NCBI GenBank assembly: GCA_947624565.1
Contig: CANQKX010000002.1
Coordinates: 2,059-66,058 of the forward strand
Source of the DNA: an uncultured Bacilli bacterium
Lineage (GTDB): Bacteria; Bacillota_I; Bacilli_A; RF39; UBA660
DNA: 64,000 bases
Direction: 5' to 3'
Positions 21,195 to 31,376 of this stretch are shown in pieces. Each line of letters begins with the position of its first letter. Position 1 is the first letter of the stretch. Made by a program: the position numbers and the translations under genes. A model generated the notes under the pieces. It was not told the origin of the DNA. It made no database searches and was given only the letters and a program-made list of their open reading frames with translations.

Positions 21195-22487
21195 ATGTTA
21201 GATATTAAATTTGTAAGAGAAAATAAAGAAATAGTAAAGGAAAATATTAAAAAGAAATTTCAAGATAAAAAATTACCACTTGTAGATAAAGTAATTTCTT
21301 TAGATGAAGAATATAGAAAAATTAAAGTAAAGGCAGATAATTTAAGAAAAGAAAGAAATGATATTAGTGATAATATAGGTTCTTTAATGAGAGAAGGTAA
21401 AAAAGAAGAAGGGCTTGCTTTAAAAGATAAAGTAATAAAGATAAACGAAGAGTTAAGTGTTTTAGAAAAAGATGAAAATAAATATGAAGAAGAAATAAAA
21501 AAAATTATGTATTTAATTCCTAATATAATTGCGGATGATGTACCTATTGGAGAAGATGATTCAAAAAATGTAGAAATAGAAAAAATAGGAGATCCTATTA
21601 TTCCAAATTATGAAATTCCATATCATGCTGATATAATGAATAGTTTTAATGGACTTGATAAAGAATCAGCAGCTAAAGTATCAGGATCAGGATTTTATTA
21701 TCTTATGGGTGATATTGCAAGACTTCATTCAGCAGTACTTTCTTATGCAAGAGATTTTATGATTGATAAAGGATTTACTTATTGTATACCACCATTTATG
21801 ATTAGAAGTGACGCTGTTAATGGAGTTATGAGTTTTGAAGAAAAAGAAGCAATGATGTATAAAATAGAAGGAGAAGATTTGTACTTAATAGGAACATCAG
21901 AACACTCTATGATTGCTAAATTTAAAAATCAAATATTGAAAGAAGATAAATTGCCAATAACTATGACATCATATTCACCATGTTTTAGAAAAGAAGTAGG
22001 TGCGCATGGCATAGAAGAAAGAGGAGTATATAGAGTTCATCAATTTGAAAAACAAGAAATGATTGTAATATGTAAACCAGAAGATAGTGAAATTTGGTAT
22101 GAGAAAATGTTAAATTATACAGTAGAATTATTTAGAAATTTAGATATACCTGTTCGTAAACTTGTGTGCTGTTCAGGCGATTTAGCAGATTTAAAATATA
22201 GATCATGTGATGTAGAAGCATTTTCACCAAGACAAAATGCATACTTTGAAGTAGGTTCATGTTCTAACTTAACTGATGCACAAGCAAGAAGACTTGGTAT
22301 AAAATACAAAACAGAAACTGGTGAAAAAGTATATGCACATACACTTAATAATACAGTATTAACTCCTCCTAGAATGTTAATTGCATTTTTAGAAAATAAT
22401 TATAATGAAGATGGAAGTGTGAATATACCAAAATCTTTACAGCCATATATGGGTGGAAAAGATAAAATATACCCAAATAATAAATAA
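21195..22487 (+). CDS. serS: seryl-tRNA synthetase
   Basis: N-terminal coiled-coil arm followed by a class II core; 430 aa. Confidence 0.9.
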   Translation: MLDIKFVRENKEIVKENIKKKFQDKKLPLVDKVISLDEEYRKIKVKADNLRKERNDISDNIGSLMREGKKEEGLALKDKVIKINEELSVLEKDENKYEEEIKKIMYLIPNIIADDVPIGEDDSKNVEIEKIGDPIIPNYEIPYHADIMNSFNGLDKESAAKVSGSGFYYLMGDIARLHSAVLSYARDFMIDKGFTYCIPPFMIRSDAVNGVMSFEEKEAMMYKIEGEDLYLIGTSEHSMIAKFKNQILKEDKLPITMTSYSPCFRKEVGAHGIEERGVYRVHQFEKQEMIVICKPEDSEIWYEKMLNYTVELFRNLDIPVRKLVCCSGDLADLKYRSCDVEAFSPRQNAYFEVGSCSNLTDAQARRLGIKYKTETGEKVYAHTLNNTVLTPPRMLIAFLENNYNEDGSVNIPKSLQPYMGGKDKIYPNNK

Positions 22488-22498
22488 AAGGATTGATA

Positions 22499-23080
22499 AT
22501 GATTATAAAAGGTAGTAATGTTATTATTTATGTAAATAATAAAAATATCAATAAATTAATTAAGAAAACTAAAAAAATATTAAAATTATGTGATGAAAAT
22601 AATTATAAATTAATGTTTAATTATTTAGAAAATATAATAGATGAAGAGAAGTTATTTTGGATTAAAAATATCCAAAAAACGATAAATATAAAAGACATCA
22701 AAAAAAGATATAGTTTTATTTATGATGTTGTATGTAGTTATATTGATGATAAATATAAAAAATATAATTATTGTGATTTCAAAGATGATGTATGCATATT
22801 TTTTAGGAATAATCCTAATATATGTCATAAAAATGGATGTTGTTATAGTGATGCAAGAGGAGGACTTTGCAAAAATTTAAAAAATAATTCTTGTCAAATT
22901 AAATCAATATCATGTAAACTATATTCATGTGAATATTTAAGAAAAAATAAAGTTAATTTTAGAATGAAATACATTCCTTTAATTAAATATTTTTTCAATA
23001 TAAAACAAAAATATTATATTAAATATAGTTTCTTTAAAGAAAAAAATTATGTTTTAAATAGATTATTAGATAAGAGGTAA
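22499..23080 (+). CDS. cysteine-rich hypothetical protein (possible CxxCxxCC-type metal-binding cluster, YkgJ/UPF0153-like)
   Basis: Nine or more Cys in about 70 aa: YCDFKDDVC...CHKNGCCYSD...C...SCQIKSISCKLYSC. It is a paralog of the next gene. Confidence 0.35.
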   Translation: MIIKGSNVIIYVNNKNINKLIKKTKKILKLCDENNYKLMFNYLENIIDEEKLFWIKNIQKTINIKDIKKRYSFIYDVVCSYIDDKYKKYNYCDFKDDVCIFFRNNPNICHKNGCCYSDARGGLCKNLKNNSCQIKSISCKLYSCEYLRKNKVNFRMKYIPLIKYFFNIKQKYYIKYSFFKEKNYVLNRLLDKR

Positions 23081-23083
23081 AAA

Positions 23084-23698
23084 ATGGATTTAAAAAAAAT
23101 GGTATTAGATAATAAATTAATATTACAAATAACTGATGATAATTTAAAGTATATAATAAAAAATACAAAATCTTTAATAAAATTTTGCGATAAACGAAAT
23201 TTAATAGTGGAGTTAATATATAATGACAAAAAAATAGATGAAAAATATTTAAAAAAAGATATATCTAATGATTTAAGAGATATTATTACTATAATGCATG
23301 CGATAAATATAAAAGATAAATATAAAAGATATGATTATATATATGATACAGTATGTGGTTATCTAGATGAAAGAATAAAAACAAATTATTGTGAGTTTAA
23401 AGATAATATATGTGTAAAATATAGAAATAAAGGATCAAATCATGAAAATGGTTGCTGTGAATGTAAAGGAAGAGGTAGATGTAAATACTTAATTGATGGA
23501 GTATGTACAATGAAATCATGTATGGCATGTAAATTATTTACTTGTCATACACTTAAAAAATTAGGTATAACTCAAAATATAAATGATTTTGTACTTACTA
23601 GATATTTCTTTGACACAAAAGAAAAAGATATATTACAATTTAGTTATTGGACCCCAAAAGAAATAGTTATGGATAAATTAATGAAAAGAGTTAGATAA
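23084..23698 (+). CDS. cysteine-rich hypothetical protein, tandem paralog of 22499..23080
   Basis: Shared pattern: RYD.IYD.VC.Y.D......YC.FKD..C...RN....NGCC...C....C..KSC..CKL..C..L.K...RYFF. There is a gaggt RBS. Confidence 0.35.
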   Translation: MDLKKMVLDNKLILQITDDNLKYIIKNTKSLIKFCDKRNLIVELIYNDKKIDEKYLKKDISNDLRDIITIMHAINIKDKYKRYDYIYDTVCGYLDERIKTNYCEFKDNICVKYRNKGSNHENGCCECKGRGRCKYLIDGVCTMKSCMACKLFTCHTLKKLGITQNINDFVLTRYFFDTKEKDILQFSYWTPKEIVMDKLMKRVR

Positions 23699-23753
23699 TA
23701 TATTTAAAATTATTATTTTGGTATGATATAATACAAATCGTGAGGTGTTAGAT

Positions 23754-25193
23754 ATGTTAAAATATGTGAATGTAAAACCATCTTATTTAGAGGCTAAAAA
23801 AAGAAGTAATTCTAAAGTTAAGATATTAACAGATGAATATATTATGAATAATGAATTAAGTAAAATAGGAATAGGTAAAAAATATTATATAATTACCTAT
23901 GGTTGTCAAGCAAATGAAAGAGATTCACAAACCATAAGTGCAATACTTGAAGATATGTCATTTACTAGTACCAATGATATGAAAGATGCTGATTTAATAC
24001 TTTTAAATACATGTGCAATTAGAGAAAATGCACACAATAAGGTTTTTGGTATGCTTGGAAGAATCAAACATTTAAAAATGCAAAAGCCAGAAATAATTAC
24101 TTGTTTATGCGGATGTATGGCTCAAGAAGAATCAGTAGTTAATGAAATAGAAGAAAAATATAAATGGATGGATGTAGTATTCGGTACTCATAATATTCAA
24201 AATTTACCTTGTTTAATTAGTAATGCAATAAATAATAATGAACTTATTATTGAAGTATTTAGTAAAGAGGGAGATGTAATTGAAAATTTACCTGTTAAAA
24301 GAGATAATAAATATAAAGCATATGTAAATATAATGTATGGATGTGATAAATTTTGTACTTATTGCATAGTTCCATATACAAGGGGTAAACAAAGAAGTAG
24401 AAGATTAGAAGATATAAAGTGTGAAGTTCAAAAATTAATTAATGATGGATATAAAGAAGTAACATTACTTGGGCAAAATGTTAATGCATATGGTAAAGAT
24501 TTAGATGATGGCATTACTATGGACAAATTACTAGAAGAAATCGCTAAGATGAACATTGAAAGAATAAGATTTATTACTTCACATCCATGGGACTTTTCAG
24601 ATGAAATGATACAAGTAATAAAAAAATATGATAATATAATGCCATATATTCATCTTCCACTTCAATCAGGTAGTGATAAAATTTTAAAATTAATGGGTAG
24701 AAGATATACTAAAGAACAATATTTAAATCTTGCAAATAAAATAAAAAAAGAAATACCTAATGTATCATTAACAACAGATATTATAGTAGGATTTCCTAAT
24801 GAAACACAAGAAGATTTTAAAGAAACTTTAGATGTAGTAGAAAAATGTAAATATGATGGTGCATTTACATTTATATATTCTCCTAGAGAAAATACACCTG
24901 CATCTAAAATGGAGGATAGTATACCTTTAGAAGAAAAACAAGAAAGATTACAAAGATTAAATGAATTAGTAAATAAATATGCATTAATTAATAATAAAAA
25001 GTTGGAAAATAAAATAGTTAAAGTTTTAATTGAGGGTAAATCTCAAAAAGGAAATAATTTATATTCTGGATATACAGATACTATGAAATTAGTTAATGTA
25101 AAGTGTGATGATAAAGATGTTGGTAATATTATTGATGTAAAAATTACTGAAGCTAAAACTTGGAGTTTAGATGGAGAAAAAATAAATGAATAA
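23754..25193 (+). CDS. miaB: tRNA-2-methylthio-N6-dimethylallyladenosine synthase (radical SAM methylthiotransferase)
   Basis: N-terminal MTTase Cys triad (YGCQANE...NTCAIRE...CGCMAQ), radical-SAM CxxxCxxC (GCDKFCTYCIVP), and a TRAM C-terminus. Confidence 0.85.
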   Translation: MLKYVNVKPSYLEAKKRSNSKVKILTDEYIMNNELSKIGIGKKYYIITYGCQANERDSQTISAILEDMSFTSTNDMKDADLILLNTCAIRENAHNKVFGMLGRIKHLKMQKPEIITCLCGCMAQEESVVNEIEEKYKWMDVVFGTHNIQNLPCLISNAINNNELIIEVFSKEGDVIENLPVKRDNKYKAYVNIMYGCDKFCTYCIVPYTRGKQRSRRLEDIKCEVQKLINDGYKEVTLLGQNVNAYGKDLDDGITMDKLLEEIAKMNIERIRFITSHPWDFSDEMIQVIKKYDNIMPYIHLPLQSGSDKILKLMGRRYTKEQYLNLANKIKKEIPNVSLTTDIIVGFPNETQEDFKETLDVVEKCKYDGAFTFIYSPRENTPASKMEDSIPLEEKQERLQRLNELVNKYALINNKKLENKIVKVLIEGKSQKGNNLYSGYTDTMKLVNVKCDDKDVGNIIDVKITEAKTWSLDGEKINE

Positions 25194-25521
25194 TATTGTA
25201 GAAGAAGTTGAAAAATTAAAAGATATGATATTATCATCTAATGAATATAAAGACTATAAAAAATATGAAAAAATACTTGATAATAATAGAGAAATAAATC
25301 TTATAATAGATAATATAAAAAATGTTCAAAAAATAATAATTAATAAAGAAGATAAAAAAGAAAATACTGATAAAGAAGAAATAGAACTGCAAAGTTTATA
25401 TAAAAAGTTAAATACTTATGATGAATATATAAATTATATTAATTCATCAAAAATTCTTAATGAAGTAATTACATATATACAAAAAGAGTTTGAAAACTAC
25501 TTTAATCAATTTATAGTTTAA
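25186..25521 (+). CDS. YlbF/YmcA (RicA-like) family protein
   Basis: 111-aa helical protein immediately downstream of miaB, the same arrangement as B. subtilis ymcB-ymcA. The N-terminus is YmcA-like. Confidence 0.5.
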   Translation: MNNIVEEVEKLKDMILSSNEYKDYKKYEKILDNNREINLIIDNIKNVQKIIINKEDKKENTDKEEIELQSLYKKLNTYDEYINYINSSKILNEVITYIQKEFENYFNQFIV

Positions 25522-25601
25522 TATATAAAGTGATTAAAGTTTTTTTTTTGACAAATTATTAATTATGTATATAATATACTATTACTTAATGGAGAAAAAT
25601 C

Positions 25602-25895
25602 ATGGAAGAAAAAAATTTAAATAAATTCTTAAAACTAGTAAATATATATTATGAAAGATTATTGTCAGGAGTTTCTGTGCATGACTTAGTTAGTCAACTT
25701 GATACAGAATGTTTTTTATATGATTATAATAAAATTGCCAAAATAGATGATTTATCTAATTATGTTGGTTTTATTGAAAAACAGGAAGATAAAGAAGAAA
25801 ATTGGTATGCATTGTCATATGCAGTATATAGATTTTTAGGTAATAATTTTTCTAATAATCAAACTATAGATAAATATATTTTACAAATGACTTAA
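25602..25895 (+). CDS. hypothetical protein (97 aa)
   Basis: ORF preceded by a TTGACA-17-TATAAT-like promoter at about 25548-25575 and a ggagaaaaa RBS. Confidence 0.35.
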   Translation: MEEKNLNKFLKLVNIYYERLLSGVSVHDLVSQLDTECFLYDYNKIAKIDDLSNYVGFIEKQEDKEENWYALSYAVYRFLGNNFSNNQTIDKYILQMT

Positions 25896-25932
25896 AGATA
25901 AAAATATGATAGAATATAATTGGTGAAGTAAT

Positions 25933-26565
25933 ATGTATTTTGAATATAATGGAAATAAATATGAAATAATTATTGAAAAAAAAAATAATAAAAATACATA
26001 CATAAGAGTTAAGGAAGATTTGAAAATATATATTTCAACATCATATTTAACTCCTAAATATGTAATTAAGTCACTAATTAAAAATAATAGAAGTCAAATT
26101 TGTAAAATGATAGATAATGTAATTAAGAAAAACGATAAAAAAAATGAATATTGGTATTTAGGAAAAAAGTTAAATATAATTAAAACTAATGTTAAAAAGG
26201 CATATTTAGATGATGATAATTTATATGTTAATAGTCAAGAAGATATTGATAAATGGTTTAATAAAATGAGTAAAAAAGTATTTAAAGAAAGATTAGATAT
26301 TATTTATAATAATTTTACTGAAATTGTTCCATATCCTAAAATTGTCATAAGAAAAATGAAAACAAGATGGGGAGTATGTAACAAAAATTTAGAAAAAGTA
26401 ACATTAAATTATAATTTAATTTATATGGATAGAAAATACTTAGATTACGTAATAGTTCATGAATTGTCACATTTTATACATTTTAATCATAGTAAAGAGT
26501 TTTGGAAATTAGTAGAAGAAAATGAACCTAATTATAAACAAATTAGAAAAGAGATGAGAAGTTAA
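25933..26565 (+). CDS. YgjP-like (DUF45/M48 family) metal-dependent hydrolase
   Basis: TRWGVC and HELSHFIHFNHS (HExxH) motifs in the layout typical of the YgjP/SprT-like family. Confidence 0.55.
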   Translation: MYFEYNGNKYEIIIEKKNNKNTYIRVKEDLKIYISTSYLTPKYVIKSLIKNNRSQICKMIDNVIKKNDKKNEYWYLGKKLNIIKTNVKKAYLDDDNLYVNSQEDIDKWFNKMSKKVFKERLDIIYNNFTEIVPYPKIVIRKMKTRWGVCNKNLEKVTLNYNLIYMDRKYLDYVIVHELSHFIHFNHSKEFWKLVEENEPNYKQIRKEMRS

Positions 26566-27290
26566 TGATTATTGAATCTATAGATAATAAGAAAATTAAA
26601 AATCTAAGAAAATTAAAGCAAAAAAAATACAGAGATATAGAAGAGAAATTTTTAATTGAAGGAATTCATCTCGTACTAGAAGCATATTCAAGTGGTGATT
26701 TATTAGAAGTATTACTTGAGAAAGATGAACATATTGATATTGATGTAAAAACTACATACGTAACAAAAGATGTAATTAAATCTTTGTCAGAACTTCAAAC
26801 ACCATATAATGTAATTGGAGTTTGTAAATATAAAAAAGAAAGCAATATTGCAGAAAAAGTATTAATATTAGATAACATTCAAGATCCAGGTAATTTAGGT
26901 ACAATAATTAGAAGTAGTGTTGCATTTGATGTAGATACAATAATTTTAAGTAATGATACAGTAGATTTATACAATTCCAAGGTGTTAAGAGCAGCTCAGG
27001 GTATGAATTTTCATATTAATATATTAAAAGGTGATATCAAAGAATATATATTAAAATTAAAAAAAGATAATTATAGAATATATACAACAGATGTAAAAGA
27101 TGGTAAATTAATAAAAAATATTAATAATAATGGAAAATATGCTATAATAATGGGTAATGAAGGAAGCGGAGTATCGGATGATATTAAATTGCTTTCTGAT
27201 GATAAAATATATATAAAAATGAATAAAAAATGTGAAAGTTTAAATGTTGCTGTTTGTACATCAATAATTTTATACGAATTAAATAAATAA
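26565..27290 (+). CDS. TrmH/SpoU-family RNA 2'-O-methyltransferase
   Basis: SpoU motifs LILDNIQDPGNLGTIIRS and IIMGNEGSGVS. Confidence 0.75.
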   Translation: MIIESIDNKKIKNLRKLKQKKYRDIEEKFLIEGIHLVLEAYSSGDLLEVLLEKDEHIDIDVKTTYVTKDVIKSLSELQTPYNVIGVCKYKKESNIAEKVLILDNIQDPGNLGTIIRSSVAFDVDTIILSNDTVDLYNSKVLRAAQGMNFHINILKGDIKEYILKLKKDNYRIYTTDVKDGKLIKNINNNGKYAIIMGNEGSGVSDDIKLLSDDKIYIKMNKKCESLNVAVCTSIILYELNK

Positions 27291-27303
27291 GTAGGTGAAT
27301 TAT

Positions 27304-27786
27304 ATGAAGTTTATAAAAATAGGTAAAATAGTAAATACACATGGAATAAAAGGTGAACTTAGAATATTATCAAATTTTAGACATAAAGATAAAGTATTTG
27401 TTAAAAATATGAAAGTTTATGTTGGTAAAAAGAAACAAGAATTTATTATAAACTCATATAGATTTCACAAAATATATGATATGGTAACATTTGAAGGTTT
27501 TAACAATATTAATGATGTAGAATATTTAAAGGGAGATTATGTATACATAAACGAAGATGATTTGATTTTGGATAATGATGAAATTTATTCAGAAAAGTTA
27601 ATTGGTTTTGATGCATATATAGGTGATAAAAAAGTAGGCATAGTAACTGAAGTTATAGATACTCCTGCAAATGAAGTAATAAGAATTAATGAAAATATAT
27701 TAGTTCCATATGTAAACGATTTTATAAATAAAATAGACATGGATAATAATAGTATTTACATTAATGATATAGGAGGTTTAATATGA
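27304..27786 (+). CDS. rimM: 16S rRNA processing protein RimM
   Basis: KIGKIVNTHGIKGELRI N-terminus and a PRC barrel C-terminus. The ORF is listed from 27295; the ATG at 27304 follows an aggtga RBS. Confidence 0.8.
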   Translation: MKFIKIGKIVNTHGIKGELRILSNFRHKDKVFVKNMKVYVGKKKQEFIINSYRFHKIYDMVTFEGFNNINDVEYLKGDYVYINEDDLILDNDEIYSEKLIGFDAYIGDKKVGIVTEVIDTPANEVIRINENILVPYVNDFINKIDMDNNSIYINDIGGLI

Positions 27787-28895
27787 AATTTAAGGTCTTA
27801 ACATTATTTCCTCATATGTATGATGGTTTTTTAACAGAATCTATTATAAAAAGAGCAATAGATGAAAAATTAGTAAAAATTAGTATACATAATATAAGAG
27901 ATTATACTGAATATAAACATCATCAAGTAGATGATACTCCATATGGTGGAGGAAGTGGAATGCTTTTAATGTGTGATCCTATATTTAAAGCAATTGAGGA
28001 TTTAAAGAAAAAAAATACAAAAGTAATAATGATGAGTCCTGATGGAATTAAATATGACCAAAATAAAGCTTATGAATTAGCAAAAGAAAAAGATTTAATC
28101 ATATTATGTGGACATTACGAAGGATTTGACGAAAGAATTAGTTCTATAGTAGATGAAAAAATAAGTATTGGTGATTATGTTTTAACTGGTGGAGAATTAC
28201 CATCAATGGTGTTAATGGATTCTATTACAAGATTAATTCCTGGTGTAATAAAAGAAGAGTCTCATATAAAAGATTCATTTAATGATAATTTGCTTGATTA
28301 TCCACAGTATACAAAACCAAGAGAATATAAGGGTATGAAAGTTCCAGACGTACTTTTAAGTGGGGATCATAAGAAGATTGATGAATGGAGAAAAGAAGAA
28401 GCATTAAAGAAAACAGAAAAAGAAAGACCAGATTTATCAGAAATAAAAAGAAAACAAATTGGTAATTACACTTTAATGCAAGATAATAGAAAGAAACAAA
28501 TAGATTCTATTAATATAAATGATGCATATAATTTTAAACCTAAAAATAAAGTAAAAAAAGAAGATTTATCATCTATTAGTAAAATAGTTTTAGTTGAACC
28601 AACATTTATTGAAACAATAGCAAAAAAGAATATTAATAAAAAATTAAATATTTTATTAAAACAAGTTGCAATTGTCATAAATGATGAAACTGATGATGAA
28701 GGTGCAAATTATGTGCTTGGGGAAATAGATAGACTTGAAAATATGATATTAAGTAATTATGAAAAATATTTAAATACTGAATATATAAAATTAATTAAAA
28801 ATAAATTATTAATGCTAAAAGAAGAAATTAAATATAAACAAATGATGAGAGTACAAACTATTGATTATGAAAAGGGGAAAGGAAGAAGTAGATAA
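27783..28895 (+). CDS. trmD: tRNA (guanine37-N1)-methyltransferase with an unusual C-terminal extension of about 120 aa
   Basis: The canonical TrmD core fills residues 1 to about 245 (FKVLTLFP...GGGSGMLLM...GHYEGFDERI...DHKKI), followed by about 125 extra residues in frame. Confidence 0.8.
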   Translation: MKFKVLTLFPHMYDGFLTESIIKRAIDEKLVKISIHNIRDYTEYKHHQVDDTPYGGGSGMLLMCDPIFKAIEDLKKKNTKVIMMSPDGIKYDQNKAYELAKEKDLIILCGHYEGFDERISSIVDEKISIGDYVLTGGELPSMVLMDSITRLIPGVIKEESHIKDSFNDNLLDYPQYTKPREYKGMKVPDVLLSGDHKKIDEWRKEEALKKTEKERPDLSEIKRKQIGNYTLMQDNRKKQIDSININDAYNFKPKNKVKKEDLSSISKIVLVEPTFIETIAKKNINKKLNILLKQVAIVINDETDDEGANYVLGEIDRLENMILSNYEKYLNTEYIKLIKNKLLMLKEEIKYKQMMRVQTIDYEKGKGRSR

Positions 28896-29932
28896 TGAAT
28901 ATAATTTTAACAGGAGATAGACCTACAGGAAAATTACATTTAGGACACTTAGTTGGTTCTTTAAATCAAAGAGTAAAACTTCAAAATGAAGGAAATTATG
29001 ATCAAATGTATATTATGATTGCGGATTCTCAAGCTTTAACAGATAATTTTGATAATCCTAAAAAAATAAAAGAAAACGTAAAAGAAGTAATACTTGATTA
29101 TTTATCAGTTGGAATTGATCCAAATAAAGTAAATATATTTCTTCAGTCACAAGTTTCACAACTTACTGAATTAACATTTTATTATTCTAATTTAGTTACA
29201 GTATCAAGGCTTCAAAGAAATCCTACTGTTAAATCTGAAATAAATCAAAAAAAATTTGAAAAAAGTATACCAGTTGGATTCTTTACTTATCCAATAAGTC
29301 AGGCTGCAGATATAACAGCATTTAAGGCAAACATTATACCTGTAGGGGAAGATCAATTACCAATGATTGAGCAAACAAATGAGATAGTACATTCCTTTAA
29401 TAGAATTTATGGTGATACATTAGTTGCTTGTAAAGCAGTACTTTCAGAAAATGAAGTAGCAAGAAGACTTCCAGGACTTGATGGAAATAGTAAAATGAGT
29501 AAATCACTTAATAATTGCATATATTTATCAGATTCTAAAGAAGAAGTATATAAAAAAGTAATGAGTATGTATACTGATCCAAATCATATAAAAGTAGAAG
29601 ATCCTGGTAAAGTAGAAGGAAATATGGTCTTTACTTATTTAGATGTATTTTCAGATGATAATAAAATAAGTAAGTATTCAGATTTTTCATCACTTAATGA
29701 AATGAAAGAAAAATATAAAAGTGGTGGACTTGGAGATGTTAAAATTAAAAAAATATTATTTGATATTTTAGAAGAAATGCTTACTCCAATTAGAGAAAAA
29801 AGGAAATATTATGAAGAAAATATTAATGAAGTATATGAAATACTAAAAAAAGGTACTGAGAATGCTAAAAAACAAGCAAATAAAACATTACAAGAAGTAA
29901 AAAAAGCAATAATGATAGATTATTTTGATTAA
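28895..29932 (+). CDS. trpS: tryptophanyl-tRNA synthetase
   Basis: HIGH-type motif TGKLHLGHL and KMSKS; 345 aa. The start overlaps the trmD stop (ATAATG). Confidence 0.85.
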   Translation: MNIILTGDRPTGKLHLGHLVGSLNQRVKLQNEGNYDQMYIMIADSQALTDNFDNPKKIKENVKEVILDYLSVGIDPNKVNIFLQSQVSQLTELTFYYSNLVTVSRLQRNPTVKSEINQKKFEKSIPVGFFTYPISQAADITAFKANIIPVGEDQLPMIEQTNEIVHSFNRIYGDTLVACKAVLSENEVARRLPGLDGNSKMSKSLNNCIYLSDSKEEVYKKVMSMYTDPNHIKVEDPGKVEGNMVFTYLDVFSDDNKISKYSDFSSLNEMKEKYKSGGLGDVKIKKILFDILEEMLTPIREKRKYYEENINEVYEILKKGTENAKKQANKTLQEVKKAIMIDYFD

Positions 29933-29967
29933 AGATATATTTATATAATTAGCATAGGTGGTTAATT

Positions 29968-30846
29968 ATGATATTAAATGTAAGTGGTAGATGTGATATA
30001 GTTGCATTTTATACAGATTGGTTTATGAATAGATATAATGAAGGATTTGTAATGGTTAGAAATCCATTTAATAATGATTTAGTAAATAAAATATATTTTG
30101 AAGATGTAGATGCAATACTCTTTTGTAGTAAAAATCCTATTCCTATTTTAGATAAATTAGAAAAAATAAATAAACCTATTATATTTCATGTAACAATTAC
30201 ACCATATAAAAAAGATATAGAACCATATGTCCCTTCAAAAGGAAAAATTATTGAAGCAATAAAAAAAATATCTTCTATTATTGGAATAGAAAATATATAT
30301 GTTAGATATGATCCAATATTTTTAAATAATGTATATGATATAAATTATCATATAAAAGAATTTGATAATTTATGCAAATTACTTGATGGATATGTAAAAC
30401 ATATAATTATTTCGTTTATAGATATTTATAAAAATGTAAAAAATAATATGAGATATTTAAAAATAAAACCATTTAGTAAAGAAGATTATAAATTAATAGG
30501 TATTAGTTTTAGTAGTAGTGCTAAAAAACATAATATGACAGTTCAAACTTGTTGTGAAGATATAAATTTAACTGAATATGGTTTTATAAAAAAAGATTGT
30601 ATGGATATTGAAACAGCATATAAATTAACAGGTAGAGTTAATTATAAAAAATGGAAAGAAAGACCATGTAATTGTATTGAAATGGTAGATATTGGTGTAT
30701 ATAATTCATGTAAACATTTTTGCAAATATTGCTATGCAAATTTTAATGAAAAAATAGTTAATAGTAATTTTGATAAACATGATCCTAATTCACCACTATT
30801 AATTGGTAATTTAAAAGATACAGATATAATTAAAATAAGAAGATAA
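29968..30846 (+). CDS. DUF1848-family protein
   Basis: The N-terminus MILNVSGRCDIVAFYTDWFMNR matches the DUF1848 start, and there are C-terminal Cys clusters (CNCIE...CKHFCKYC). Confidence 0.5.
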   Translation: MILNVSGRCDIVAFYTDWFMNRYNEGFVMVRNPFNNDLVNKIYFEDVDAILFCSKNPIPILDKLEKINKPIIFHVTITPYKKDIEPYVPSKGKIIEAIKKISSIIGIENIYVRYDPIFLNNVYDINYHIKEFDNLCKLLDGYVKHIIISFIDIYKNVKNNMRYLKIKPFSKEDYKLIGISFSSSAKKHNMTVQTCCEDINLTEYGFIKKDCMDIETAYKLTGRVNYKKWKERPCNCIEMVDIGVYNSCKHFCKYCYANFNEKIVNSNFDKHDPNSPLLIGNLKDTDIIKIRR

Positions 30847-30894
30847 TAATGAATATTTATTAATTTAATGTAAATACTATTACTGGGTGATAAA

Positions 30895-31323
30895 ATGCAA
30901 GAAAATATAAATGCACTAGATGAATTAAATAAGGGTGCAACTATGGGGATGGACGCTATTAATTTTGTATTAGATAAAGTAGAAGATGAAGAATTTAAGA
31001 AAACTTTAGAACTTGAATATAATAAATATAAAGATATATCTAGAAGAGCAAATGAATTATATTCAAAGTATAGTGATGATAAACCCCATGAAACAAATGC
31101 TATGAATAAAGCAATGACTTGGTCAGAAGTACAAATGAAAACAATTACAGATAAAAGTAATTCTAAAATAGCAGAACTTTTAATGCAAGGAACTAATATG
31201 GGAATAATAGAAGGAAGAAAATTGTTAAATAACAAGGTTATTGATAAGAAAGTATATGAATTAATAGAAGAATTTGTCAATATGCAAGAAGATAGCGTTG
31301 AAAAATTAAAGACCTATTTATAA
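30895..31323 (+). CDS. hypothetical helical protein (ferritin-like/four-helix-bundle-like)
   Basis: ORF with an RBS; all-helical composition. Confidence 0.35.
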   Translation: MQENINALDELNKGATMGMDAINFVLDKVEDEEFKKTLELEYNKYKDISRRANELYSKYSDDKPHETNAMNKAMTWSEVQMKTITDKSNSKIAELLMQGTNMGIIEGRKLLNNKVIDKKVYELIEEFVNMQEDSVEKLKTYL

Positions 31324-31376
31324 AAGATATTTAAAAAATATCTTTTTTTTGTTATAATTTTTTGTAGGAGGCATGT

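Noticed and set aside
30732-31280. 182-aa minus-strand ORF overlapping the DUF1848 and four-helix-bundle genes
   Set aside because: Antisense to two + strand genes that have RBSs, and has no start context of its own.
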